This document shows positions 26,301 through 36,810 of a stretch of DNA of 64,000 bases, in pieces. Within the stretch, counting starts at the first letter, position 1. Every line of letters begins with the position of its first letter. The notes beneath the pieces are model-generated. The model had not been told where the DNA came from and made no database searches. It worked only from the letters and a program-made list of their open reading frames with translations. Origin of the DNA: Eledone cirrhosa (taxonomy: Eukaryota); contig OZ024756.1 of the NCBI GenBank assembly GCA_964016885.1, positions 23,870,001 through 23,934,000 on the forward strand, written 5' to 3'. The translations under genes were made by a program, and so were the position numbers.

Positions 26301-29144
26301 GGTGGTGGAGGTTAATTAAAATACCATTCCAGGGTGGGGTGATAAAAAGAGAGAAAGAGAGAAAGAGCAAGAACAGGAGTGGCTTCCACCACCCTTAAAT
26401 GTCAAAGTATAAAGGAACAAGGGATCACATATTCCAATATGGTTTACCTCATCTTCCATTAGTTTCAGTGTCTTTTCTTCGGGATCCAGCAAATCTGTGA
26501 TTCTTTCATTATATATCTCCATGTATGCCACTCGCAGAAGGAACTGTCGATTTGGGGACTAAATGGAGAAATAAAATAAATACAATTTACCACCATCTTC
26601 AAGACAAACACCTTTTGTTAGTGTATTTCATCATCATCATCATCATTCTACGTCCGCTTTTCCCTGCTTGCAAGGGTGGGACGGGTCCTTTTCATCACAG
26701 CATTTCTCCATTCGTCATGGTCCTTCATCATCTCCCCCTGTGAGCTGCAGTGATCTGAGGTCAGCTCAATATATTTCTAATGAAATATATTTAAATTTCC
26801 CGGTGTCGAAGACACTACTTTTTCCCTAAATTAAGTCTAAAAAATCTACCATGCTTCCTGCAGGCCGAAGGTTGTTTATTATTTTTTTTTTTATTTTTGC
26901 ATGTCAAAATTAGGGTGCATCCTCGAGGTATATTTAAATTAATTAAACACTTTAAGAGATTTTCTAGGATTATTAATAAATAGGCAGGTGACTTGGTGGT
27001 TAGAGAATTGGATTCTCAATTGTGAAGTTGTGAGTCCGATTCCCAAGCCAGGTGATGCATTATGTTCTTGAACAAGACACTTTATTTCATGTTGCTCATT
27101 CTACCAGGAGATGTGATAGTATCAGCAATTGAAAATACCAATGGAAACATTGTTTCGTTGGGTCCAATTTGACATGGTCCACTCCCACTCAGTAAGAGAG
27201 TGAGGACTGGGATCTTGTCGATAGATGAAAAGATTGATAAATATAATTTACCATTTTGTCACCATATTTCTAATGAAATATATTTTAATTAATTAATATT
27301 AAATTAAATATATAATGAAGAATTTTGAGAGATTTTAAGTATTAGGGAAGAATACATTATTGGTCCGTTTTATTTTGAACCATTTTCATTTTACATTTGA
27401 AAAGGGGGGTATTAGCCCTGAAATATACTGGGTAAAACATTACTTTGTTTTATTCTATTTGCCATCCTTTGCTTTTTATTTCTACTGCATTGTACTGGCT
27501 TTTTGAAACTCTCAGTCATTTATTACGTATCTTACAATGCTTCGTATTAACTATACTGTTCTATTAATAAATACAATTTACCACTAAGATCAACTAGTTT
27601 AGTTACCATATTTCTAATGAAATATATTTCAATTAATTAATTAATTAAGGATTTTGAGAGATTTACAAGGATTATAAATAAATAAAAATTGCTTCTTCAA
27701 GATCAACTCCTTTTGTCACCATATTTTTAATGAAATATATTTCAATTAATTCATGAAGAATTTCGAGAGAACTATTACAGGCTTGGTTTCTATGGCGGAT
27801 TCCCTTCCTAATACCAACTATATTTACAGCGTGGACTGGGTGATTTTTATCAAGGCACCAAAATGACCAACTGACAGGTTGGACTGGGAACATTTTCATT
27901 GCGTCACCAGCATGACCACCTTACAGGATAGGCTAGGTGCTTTTTGTCGTGCCACCAGCAACTAGTTATGGCTGGTTTGAACAGAAAGAGGTGCGAGAAT
28001 TCTGGCAGGATATGGCTGGTTTAAATGACATGGTAAATGTCCTTTCCTCGTTGTAATTCCTTTCATCATTAGACATGTTTTAATCTACTTACATTGTCAA
28101 TGGCATCAAAAACGGAATTTATTGCCAGAGGAATTATTCCTTTGTTTTCATTTGTTCCAGACATTGTGTAAGTTTTTCCTGAAGCAGTCTGACCATAAGC
28201 AAAAATAGTTCCTAGAAAAGAAAAAAGAAATCTATTGTGAGTCTCAGCAATTTGAGATCAGCTCTCACCACCTCTGCCCAGGTCTTCCTTGATACATACA
28301 CACACACACATATATATATACACATACATACATACACAAATATATATACACACACACATATATATATATATACACACATACATATTTCCAGTATCTGTGT
28401 GAGTGTGGCAGAAGAGAGAAAGAAAGAAAAAGAGAAAGAACCTACCGTGGAAACCTTCCATGCAGTCAGAAACAATTGGTTCCACAGTTTCATAGTAAAT
28501 GTCCTCAGTGGTCTCATTACAGTCATAAACACGGTCTGCAAAACAAACACAATGTCCCTGCGTTAATCATCATCATATAGGGGCAGGATTAACGTGGGGA
28601 GGAGCAGTGTTAAACATTTTCATGACCATACTTCTAATGAAATACACTGTTTCAATTAATTAATGAAGAATTTGGAGGGATTTACTAAAATTATTGATTA
28701 TTTCATTACTAAGACTAATCCAATCCAGGGTCTTTTCACTCCTGTTGGAGGAACCCCTCGCAGGTTAACTAACCTCCACCACTTTTTGTTTTGTTCAGGT
28801 CATGACGGGTGTAGCCATACTCACTACACTTGGCCAATTGTGAGTTGGTGGGGCTATTTAATTCATAGTTGGGATGGATGGCTATTGACTCTGAGGCGTT
28901 CATCCGCCCTTTTAACAGCTCACTCTTTTGTGCCGTCTGGTGGGGGAGGCAGTTTAGTCACTGACCACTCGACCATGAAGCATGTTGTACTGGGTTACAT
29001 GGTACCTGTAGCCTGAACTGACCATAAAATAAGTACTTACCAAAAATAAAAGACTGATTACTGAATGAATTAACAGCTGCGACAACTCTTTTCTCTTTGG
29101 TTCGCCAAATTAACTCACAGTCGTTGCGTTTCTCACTAAAATAG

Positions 29145-29175
<31 letters not shown>

Positions 29176-29908
29176 TACTTCTGTAGACGTGGTTGGTATT
29201 AGGAAGGGTATCCAGTTCTATTTGAGCAAGATACAGCATGGCCAACTGGCCAGACTTGTCTCATAACGTGGATGACCCATCTAACCCATGCAAGCGTGGA
29301 AAAATAGAAATTAAATAGTAATGACTTCTGTATCTCTTTTTTATTCATATATATGAGATATACATCCTCCTTCCATTGGTATCTCTTAGTACTTCTTCCC
29401 TCAACAACAATCATCCATACACATCACGTCTGTACTAGCACACTACATCTGATTCCAGTTATAGCCTGTTTTTTTTTCTCCACGATCACGTCTATACCAG
29501 CACAGTCTTCTCTCTTGCCCACTACATCTATTTCCTCTTATATTGTTTTTCTTTCAATTATCATTATCCATACACACCACATGTCTATACCAGCAGTCTT
29601 CTCTGTTGCACACTACATCTGATCTGATTCCTCTTTCTCTCAATGATCATCCATACACACCACATGTCTATACCAGCAGTCTTGTCTCTTACACACTACA
29701 TCTGATTCCTCTTATACCCAATTTCACGCACCATCGTTCATGCACACTAACATGACAACCAATGATTGTCACCTGAACATCCATAACTACAGGAATTTAC
29801 AGTTTGTTCAGTAGTCATAAAGTTTATCGTGTAAGGAGAGAGAGAAAGAAGAGCTTACCGTTCATTTTGGGGCCGTAGTCGAATGACTACTTGGATTTTG
29901 TCCGACAT
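12..29908 (-). CDS. CENPE: CENP-E-like kinesin-7, whole multi-exon gene model (24 coding exons, 8277 nt, about 2758 aa)
   Basis: Exons joined by GT-AG with consistent phases give an N-terminal kinesin motor ([54 protein letters not shown]), the CENP-E-type RRKTWCPG motif and about 2300 aa of mostly coiled coil. The last exon is less certain. Confidence 0.85.
379..493 (-). CDS. CENPE: CENP-E exon 23 ([16 protein letters not shown]...EINQKE)
   Basis: tttag/gtaaat; coiled coil; phase 0 in, phase 1 out. Confidence 0.8.
903..1001. mobile_element. Small Tc1/mariner-type MITE; related copy at about 39357-39430
   Basis: TIRs CAGGGTGTTCCAAAAAATGTATACACAC/GTGTGTATACATTTTTTGGAGACACCCT within TA runs. 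Confidence 0.7.
1405..1750 (-). mobile_element. Full-length tRNA-derived SINE, same family, inverted
   Basis: Reverse complement of 2872-3220. Confidence 0.85.
2872..3220 (+). mobile_element. Full-length tRNA-derived SINE (CORE-like plus Meta-like segments)
   Basis: Box A TGGCTTAGTGG, box B GTTCAATTC, ccttgagcaagacacttta, ttggtgttaggaagggcatc, (AAATG)n tail. Confidence 0.85.
3358..3482 (-). CDS. CENPE: CENP-E exon 22 ([11 protein letters not shown]...[25 protein letters not shown])
   Basis: cacag/gtgaga; phase 1 in, phase 0 out. Confidence 0.78.
3857..3929 (-). CDS. CENPE: CENP-E exon 21 ([24 protein letters not shown])
   Basis: aacag/gtaaaa; phase 0 in, phase 1 out. Confidence 0.8.
4199..4276 (-). 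CDS. CENPE: CENP-E exon 20 ([26 protein letters not shown])
   Basis: tctag/gtaagt, 78 nt, phase 0. Confidence 0.8.
5665..5801 (-). CDS. CENPE: CENP-E exon 19 (GIPAVNNES...YEEKTKM)
   Basis: ttatag/gtaagt; coiled-coil sequence. Confidence 0.8.
6614..6674 (-). CDS. CENPE: CENP-E exon 18 ([20 protein letters not shown])
   Basis: First AG after a gctaac branch-like motif; strong CAG/gtaagg donor; supplies the phase 0-to-1 shift needed by the next exon; acceptor lacks a pyrimidine tract. Confidence 0.6.
6879..7280 (+). mobile_element. tRNA-derived SINE
   Basis: Same head and body, (GAT)n tail. Confidence 0.85.
8019..13943 (-). CDS. CENPE: CENP-E giant exon 17 (5925 nt, 1975 codons; coiled-coil stalk with tandem repeats)
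   Basis: Uninterrupted ORF (track ORF 7983-13892), acceptor tacag at 13944-13948 in frame, donor CAG/gtatat. Confidence 0.9.
8440..9890 (-). repeat. Coding tandem repeat, 105 bp (35 aa, 5 heptads) x about 14
   Basis: [35 protein letters not shown] recurs every 105 nt. Confidence 0.95.
11075..11335 (-). repeat. Coding tandem repeat, 87 bp (29 aa) x 3
   Basis: [29 protein letters not shown]; tttaaacagaaag at 11101, 11188 and 11275. Confidence 0.93.
11455..13235 (-). repeat. Coding tandem repeat, 162 bp (54 aa) x 11, near-identical
   Basis: [54 protein letters not shown] recurs every 162 nt. Confidence 0.95.
14071..14331. repeat. About 260-bp near-perfect palindrome made of two inverted degenerate hammerhead-bearing units
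   Basis: Arms are reverse complements around 14190-14205; GGCTTC-ATGATGA...TAAA-CAG...CTG-TA-GAAGCC on the plus strand. Confidence 0.85.
14511..14557 (-). ncRNA. Degenerate hammerhead (core CUAAUGA, i.e. G5A)
   Basis: UACU-CUAAUGA-UUCCAG...UUGGAU-GAAA-CGAUCA-UA-AGUG. Confidence 0.5.
14652..14751 (-). CDS. CENPE: CENP-E exon 16 (SPVKKARL...[17 protein letters not shown])
   Basis: tacag/gtatgc; phase 2 in, phase 0 out. Confidence 0.8.
14861..15200 (+). mobile_element. tRNA-derived SINE with a different 3' body
   Basis: Same head and CORE-like segment, then gtcactggtgccaagctgtatcg... Confidence 0.7.
15517..15593 (-). CDS. CENPE: CENP-E exon 15 ([25 protein letters not shown])
   Basis: tctag/gtaatg; phase 0 in, phase 2 out, matching the next exon. 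Confidence 0.75.
16520..16683 (-). CDS. CENPE: CENP-E exon 14 (ESFGTPART...TSVQTNIV)
   Basis: atag/gtatgt; phase 1 in, phase 0 out; open frame. Confidence 0.8.
17572..17641 (-). CDS. CENPE: CENP-E exon 13 ([23 protein letters not shown])
   Basis: RRxTWC motif characteristic of CENP-E; ttcag/gttgga. Confidence 0.9.
17766..17912 (-). CDS. CENPE: CENP-E exon 12 (TPQKNL...[14 protein letters not shown])
   Basis: 147 nt, phase 0, coiled coil ending in LxxMIxVS as in CENP-E. Confidence 0.8.
18786..18911 (-). CDS. CENPE: CENP-E exon 11, neck (FATRAKTI...[18 protein letters not shown])
   Basis: Neck linker and neck coil similar to CENP-E LLKRYRKEI; acag/gtaact. Confidence 0.93.
19296..19428 (-). 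CDS. CENPE: CENP-E exon 10 ([31 protein letters not shown]...ETSSTLR)
   Basis: Microtubule-binding YRDSKLT motif; ccag/gtaagt. Confidence 0.95.
19857..20125 (-). mobile_element. 5'-truncated SINE, same family
   Basis: Matches the body of 1405-1750. Confidence 0.8.
20986..21452. repeat. Minisatellite, about 45 bp x about 10, related unit
   Basis: caccagcactaccactttacagagtgtactgggtgtattttattgtgg variants. Confidence 0.85.
21670..22072 (+). mobile_element. CR1/L2-like LINE 3' end; inverted relative at about 7440-7620
   Basis: [23 protein letters not shown] motif, 3'UTR and (ATT)n tail. Confidence 0.7.
22094..22224 (-). CDS. CENPE: CENP-E exon 9, switch II ([11 protein letters not shown]...[20 protein letters not shown])
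   Basis: DLAGSE and INKSL motifs; donor gttggt chosen because the next exon needs phase 2. Confidence 0.93.
22603..22674 (-). CDS. CENPE: CENP-E exon 8 (IIESQERQ...SVRLSLL)
   Basis: tgtag/gtaact, 72 nt, phase 0. Confidence 0.9.
23443..24267 (+). mobile_element. Decayed mariner-like transposon
   Basis: TIRs CAAGGTGTGTCAGAAA/TTTCTGACACACCTCG with TA; broken transposase pieces ([30 protein letters not shown]). Confidence 0.8.
24298..24365 (-). CDS. CENPE: CENP-E exon 7, switch I ([23 protein letters not shown])
   Basis: NxxSSRSH motif; ttcag/gtgagt. Confidence 0.95.
25487..25571 (-). CDS. CENPE: CENP-E exon 6 ([14 protein letters not shown]...KKGD)
   Basis: VxGL motif; atag/gtaagt; phase consistent. 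Confidence 0.9.
26448..26558 (-). CDS. CENPE: CENP-E exon 5 ([24 protein letters not shown]...)
   Basis: Kinesin EIYNE-x-I-x-DLL motif; ttag/gtaaac. Confidence 0.95.
28093..28211 (-). CDS. CENPE: CENP-E exon 4, P-loop ([17 protein letters not shown]...GIIPLAI)
   Basis: Walker A motif; ctag/gtaagt. Confidence 0.95.
28446..28535 (-). CDS. CENPE: CENP-E exon 3 ([30 protein letters not shown])
   Basis: Kinesin FDRV...GFxG segment; tgcag/gtaggt. Confidence 0.92.
29041..29135 (-). CDS. CENPE: CENP-E exon 2 ([10 protein letters not shown]...NQSFIF)
   Basis: tttag/gtaagt boundaries, phase 2 in, phase 1 out. Confidence 0.9.
29859..29908 (-). CDS. CENPE: CENP-E coding exon 1 ([17 protein letters not shown])
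   Basis: ATG at 29908, kinesin beta-1 motif, donor gtaagc; acceptor ttgcag at 29921-29926 implies an upstream non-coding exon. Confidence 0.9.
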
Positions 29909-31794
29909 TTTCTGTCTAATCTGCAAAGATATGTTTATATATATATATAGTGGGGAATTTAGATGGATATGATGTCAGAGACACAGAAACCAATGGTGCT
30001 AATCCCAAACAGACCACTAATCAAAGTAGCACTTGATGTATAATGGGATGCACATTTGGTATATTTAATAAGAAAATATTCAACTGTGAGCTCATATGGT
30101 TTCTGCTTGAGACTTCACTCAGATGAACGCCTTCAGGAATGAATGTGAATAAAAATAAAGTTTGTTTTTGTTTTTGATATGCCTGCCATTGAAGACGTGT
30201 TTATATCTCAATGTCCTTTTCTTAATATTGATACTCTGCCTGATACCATATACATAATAACTTGTGGCATCCATGACGTCGAGTGCTTCCGTCTGTATAC
30301 GCCATTATTGGTTGATTAATTGGATCAACCAACATTATAGATATACATATAACAATGAAATAAAATTTATTATTATTTAGGGGTTAAACGACGGGGGGGG
30401 GGGGGGGGTTTACGGCTGCAAAGCAGTAACTGTTGAAATATCTCCAGATTCACACACACACACAATTGAATCTTAAATTGGGCGTTCTACTAATTGTTTT
30501 AGTAATTTTTTTCTTTCCAAACAATATTTTAACCTTAAAAATAAAATAACAATAATAATAATTGTTTCTACTTTAGGCACAAGGCCAGCAATTACCCAGT
30601 GCATTACTGGTACTTTATTTTATCGACCCCGTAAGGATGAAAGGCAAGTCAACCTCGTCGGGATTTGAACTCAGATCGAAAAGGGACGTAACTATGTTGG
30701 AAAGCATGGCGTCCGACCCTCTACCAATACTGCCAATCCACCGCCCTTTATAACAATAATAAACATCCGTGTGGCATTACCGTATAAGACGGATCTCATT
30801 GTTTTATTTCCATTATTGGAAGTATTAGCACCTTTGAATTTGTAACATATTGCATCAAACAAACGACTAAATTATCTTTCAAAATCTCATAGATTCGATA
30901 TTATGTGAGGTAAAGCATTTACCATGAAAATATAATAGTATATATATAAAGTAATGTAAATGCTAAAGGGTTAAATCTGACATACACTGTGATCGGCTTA
31001 AAAACAAAGTGTATCAAAAGGAATCATCCGATTTTATTTACAATTTTTACAAATGCTTAATATGTAAATAACTTCATATATAAAAAAATAAAACTTTATA
31101 TTCAGATATGTATTGTACAAGTTATCGCATGATTACACGGTCATTTCTTTAAAAAATATACCCTTTTTGATGCATCTTGTATATACTATTTTACATGTAT
31201 CCTTTTTTTTTAAGGACTTGACGTTTAAAACATGAAATACCGTATTCTTCCGTGTATATTACGCGCACTACTTTTTGACCAGAAAAATGATTAGAAAAGC
31301 CTAGTTTTTGATGTATAAAGTTATGGTGTATATTGTGGCCACCCCAAAAACAAACAAGGAAAAAAATGAAAATAAACTTCACAGTATAAACGGAAAACAA
31401 AAAAAGAGTTACAACTATATTTATATAATTTCACTCTAAAACGAATGTATCTGAAAATAATAAATATTCTTGTAATAATTTATATTTTAGCTCCTTAAAT
31501 AATTCTACGGATTCGGTTGAAGAATTTACCTTATTTTAGAACAGAAATCGTTAATATTGAAATATAAAAATAAAAACTAACAGTAAATGAGAAAATTAGG
31601 ATGAAATTTAAACTTCAAATATAAATAAAACTGCAAAAATGATGATTGTTGTACTACTGCTGCGGTATTTTGATGAAGCAGGTTTTAAATTAAGAATTTA
31701 TTAAACATATTTAAAATCTGAATATGTACAATAATACATTTGCACTTGAAGCTATATACTAATATTTCATATTATTTATCTAAATTAATGTACT

Positions 31795-31945
31795 TACCTA
31801 AAGTGTCCGCAGTTAAAAAAAAATTAACGTAATAACCTAAAGTGTACGCAGTTAAAACAAAAATGAAGCCTAAATACACTTTGAATGTTACCACGCTTGT
31901 GTTTGATTGGTTGATTATGTTTATAACCGTTAGTGTTGATTGGTT
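31795..31945 (-). promoter_or_regulatory. Putative CENP-E promoter and 5'UTR exon with G2/M-type motifs
   Basis: TTTGAA (CHR) 31880-31885, ATTGG 31906-31910 and 31939-31943, TAACCGTTA (MYB) 31924-31932, donor tag/gtaagta at 31797. Confidence 0.6.
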
Positions 31946-32582
31946 AATAGAATTTAGTCGGTGTCAATGGAATAAAGTAACTGTGAATAACAAACTATAT
32001 TCTGTATCTTAATATTTTTTAATGAATAAATATTTATGTAGAACACATTGTGTATTAGAAGATTTTAGATAAAGTTCAATGTAGATATAACTACAGTTCT
32101 TTTTTTAAAATTAGAAGTATGATTGTGACAAGAAGGAAGTGTATGTCTTGGTTTTTTCCCTTTACAAACGGAACAGTGTGAAGTGTTTACACTTTTTTTT
32201 CGAACAGCCAGGTTGTTAAAAAATAAATTAAAAAAACTGCGGTTGTATCTATATTAAATTTATTTTGAAATATTTCTTAGTTATGTATTATAACCTGTCG
32301 CCTTTTTCCGATTTTATAAAACAGAAAGTTATTTCGATGCAGATTTGACGTAGCGCTCGTGTACTACATTCAGGTCGATACGTATAATTATTACCACTGA
32401 AGGCATGCGCAAGTAAATGCTGCAGAAAGTCCCTTCTTTATAACAATTCCCCACTTTTGAGTTTATCTATTATTCGTAATATTATATTTTGGTGTAATGA
32501 TGTGGATACGAAACAGAGGTGCTGAAAAAGAAAGCAATGCAACTCTAGAGTAAACACGGTGTTGTGTTGTTTACATGCCACT

Positions 32583-32717
32583 ATGTCGTTAGCTAATCTA
32601 CAGCAATTTCAATTTTGTTCTCTGTGTCGTTTAAATCACACATCTGGTAAAAAACATATTTATTCCAAGAACCACAAACTGCTATTAGATAAAGCATTGA
32701 AACGATTCGATGAGAAA
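32583..32717 (+). CDS. CENATAC: CENATAC exon 1 (zinc finger 1)
   Basis: ATG 32583; donor gtaagt. Confidence 0.9.
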
Positions 32718-35700
32718 GTAAGTAATTCACTTCTTATTTATTATTGAATCTCGGAATAAGAAAACGAAGTATTCCCACCTCTCGATTTCAGTGTGAAATA
32801 ATTATTTCCCCCAGTTTTTCTTCTTCGCGTGTTATCAGCTAATCTAACTACCGAGAATGCCGCAAAAGACTTTCCCCCTGGAAAATGGATGGGGTAGGAG
32901 GGATCCTCGGACATCCCCCACTCCCAAATTTTCTTTTATTTTTCGTGTGTTATATTCGTTTTTTTTTAAAGTAAAGGCGAGGGCCACTGCTTCCGTATCC
33001 AAACGTAATCAAATGCTAAAATACCAGGAATTATCGGCAAACAATTTTCTCCGACCTGTGACGTTCGAAACGTTTAACGGAACCGGTTCATTGACAACGA
33101 AGTTCTTGTCATCATTCGCGGCTCACCTTACCGATGTATCAAGTAATGCTCGCGCGGGTGCTTGGTTCTTGATATATAGGGGATGGTAGGTTGTTCTTGT
33201 TTAGTTTCCCACAGCTTTTTCATTGCCAGCTATTGTGGTACAATATGCTCAGACCAGCTTGTATCCCTTTTACATGTCTCACCAGACTTAATAAATTACC
33301 ATATCTGCCCGTCGTCGCATAAGCTAAAATTTTCGTGTGGTGCCGAGTTGCGATTTAAGGAAACTACAGCACGTAGCTTTGGACGTATATCAGGTGGTAA
33401 GCCAAGGTGAGTTTGAAAGGTGATTCGATTTTCAGGCCTAGCCTTATCAGAGGCTAAATGGTATGCACATGCCTCAGTAGAGCTTACAAATGACAGCCTA
33501 ATTAGTCTGGGTTTGGGACCTGGTCGACCAAGGCGAGGAGCACTTTTAGGATGAACAGAGTCTAGGTCCTTGGACGAGTTGCCAGCAAATGCCTGAAAAT
33601 CAGTTATGTCTTCTGATACACCAATGGCAACTATTTCATGGGTGACAGATTCAGTAGCTTTCTCGGTGTGTTTAGATGCGGCAAGAGCTACAGGCAGATT
33701 TTTAAGCAAGGCACTCCGATAAGATCCCTTATTGTGAGGTTCTACACAAATATTTATTTTAATTCCTGCTATTTCTAGGCTTAAATCAGAAATCAGTTGT
33801 CGAATTTCCGCATCTTCCCTATTGATGGTCGATTTTTGTTGTTGAACAGTAACGGGACAGGAAGACAAGGTGGGCTTTTGTTGTTGATGTTCTTGAACAG
33901 GAATGGCAGGGGAAGACGCGGTCGTAGATTTTTGTTGTTGTTCAGCAGCAATGCTAGAGGAAGACACATAGGCTAGGCACTGAAAGGACCAATTTGGTAG
34001 CTGGAGCATTTCCCAGAATCAATTCATCATAGCTATATGGATGCACAAAATAAACAAATAACAAAGCAAGCGACACAGTACGGTGAAGAAATATATTAGT
34101 TTAATGTTTGATATAGTAGGAAAAGGGTCTTAACATTTCAGACACTAGTTCTTCATCAGAAGATAGAATGAAAAATAAAAGCTGAAATAGAAAGATGGAG
34201 AGTGAGAAGAAGAGAAGAGGAAGGAACGGAAAAATGTATATATATATATATAAGAATATTGTATAAATGTTTATTTTTTTCTTTCCAGATTTCTCTGTGT
34301 AAAAAAGCTATTGAGAAGCCATCTGTGATAAATTTATGCAATGACAAAATGCAACAACAAAACGTTTGGTGCTACTTTTGTTCTGTCGAAACTGAGAGGC
34401 ATTCAATGGCCGGAAATTTCCTCATCATGGAACATAATCTGCTAGCTCACTTAACAACGTATGTTATTCTTATTTCATATATTTATATTAAGAAGTGAAG
34501 AAGTGTATATATATATATATAATTTATTTATGCTCATACACAGAACAAGAAAGCACTACCTTAGGTTTCAAGGTCCAATTATGGCCATCTCTTAGTCAGC
34601 AATACTGGATGGCTAGGCCATGATTGTAATTGTCCCTCCGTGTATTCTGCAGTACTATGAACAACCTGAGGAGATGGCCATAACTGGACCATTGCCTTCC
34701 AAATGTGCTGGTGAAACAGAAACTAAATATTTTAGATTAATTGAAAGACATAGGCAGTCTACTTATTACAAATATAATAATGAAAATGCTAAACAATTTA
34801 ACCCTTTAGCATTTACATTATATATACTATTGTATTTTCACAGTAAAGGTTTTATCTCACATAATATCGAATCTATGAGATTTTGATATTATTTATTTTG
34901 AGAATAATACCTTAACATCAGTATGAGTGGCCAGTTTGAATAGAAAAAAACGGAGAGAATTCTGGCCGGATATGGCCAGTTTAAATGCTAAAGGGTTAAG
35001 CAGTTATATTGTCATTGCAATCACATCAGTATTATACAATTTTCTTTTCTTTCAGAGAACTTCACAAAACCAACACACGGCTGTTCTTTCAGAAAAATTT
35101 CTTGAAACATTATAATAAATATATTTTTTCAGAAACAGAATTTGAAAGGTAACTTCTATACTTACATCATCCTCAATTTTATGTCTGATTTTCCCTCAAA
35201 AAACAGTGGAAACGCCATTTCTTTGTCTGATCTTACAATTAGCTCCTTTCTTCTGCCAGGAGTTACAATTGGTAGATAATATCAGCAATGGAAAAAAAAA
35301 ACCAATGAAAACATTGTTTTCTTCGTCCAATCTCCTTATTGGAACCTTTCCTTTCTTATACTTACTTTGCATACGTTGTATATTACTTGATGCAATTTCT
35401 GTTATTGCTGTTTTCAGACATAATGCAGCTGTATCTGTGGCAACTAAAGATGTGGAAAAACAATTCAAGACTGAGATTCATGAGGTACATTGAATTTAAG
35501 TGTTTTTCTTTTATTGATCTTATTTCTTCTGGTTACATTGAGTTAGTGAAGGTGTGTGGCCTAGGGCTTAAGGCAGTATCCCCTTATTGAGCTAAGAATT
35601 ACCATATTGAGTTAGTGAAGGTGTGTGGCTTAGGGGTAAGGCAGGGCTCCCCATATTGAGCTAGGGGTTAAGGCAAGGATCCCCATATTGAGCTAGGTGA

Positions 35701-35913
35701 GTTTGGTGTAGGTGTAGACCTTAGGGATCCTCATATTGAGTTTAGTGAAGGTGTGTGTTAAGAAAGGGTTCTTTAAACCTTTTACAAGACTTCATACATA
35801 TAAAAACATATGAGATTGCCTTTACATGTTTCATATATGCCAGTATGTGCATGTGTATATATGAGTTTCTTTTTGTTTGTGTATGTTGTTTAATATGTGT
35901 GTACGTGTGTGTG

Positions 35914-35965
<52 letters not shown>

Positions 35966-36736
35966 CATATGTGTGTGTGTACATACATATATATATATAA
36001 ATATATGCATATATATATGTGTGTGTGTGTGTAAAAAGTTTAATGTGATACAATCATAGTATGAGGAATACCTCGCAACACGACAGCCCGACTAACCTAT
36101 GCAAGAATGGTAAATAGATGTAAAATAATGATGATGATATACATGACTGTATTTACTGTTTAGTTATGGACTATAACAGAGCGGTTCGACAAAAAGAGAT
36201 CGATAAAATAAGTCCCAGTTTTGAAAAAATAAGTGCAGGTGGCGCTATGACCGAGTAAATCCCTTTAAGTCGATGCTCCAGCATGGCCGCAGTCTAGTGA
36301 CTGGAATCGGTCAAAGAAAAGAATCTCTAAATCATATTCACGACGCTCCTAATAAATATACGAGAATTTCGTGGAAACATGAATTTAATAGTCAAAGGGA
36401 AGTAAATCTTGACACATACATCAGAAGGCCTGCACGATTTCTTTCCCTTTATCGTTACGACACCATAACTTTACTTGGTCGGTCTACCAGCTTAAAATAC
36501 CTTCAACAAAATAAATATATAAACAGACTAAGAAATACTAACTTATTTGCCATAACATTTATAACTCTATACGACATTGTTAATGAAAATGAACGAAGAA
36601 AGATTAAAATAAATAACGTAGTCTTTGTCGGTTGTAGATAGCAGACTATAGTTATTGGTGTGTGTGTGTGAGCGTATCTGTCGCTGTTTACCTGCCACTC
36701 TGGTCATAATGTTTATTACTCCTTTGTTTTACGCTA

Positions 36737-36810
<74 letters not shown>

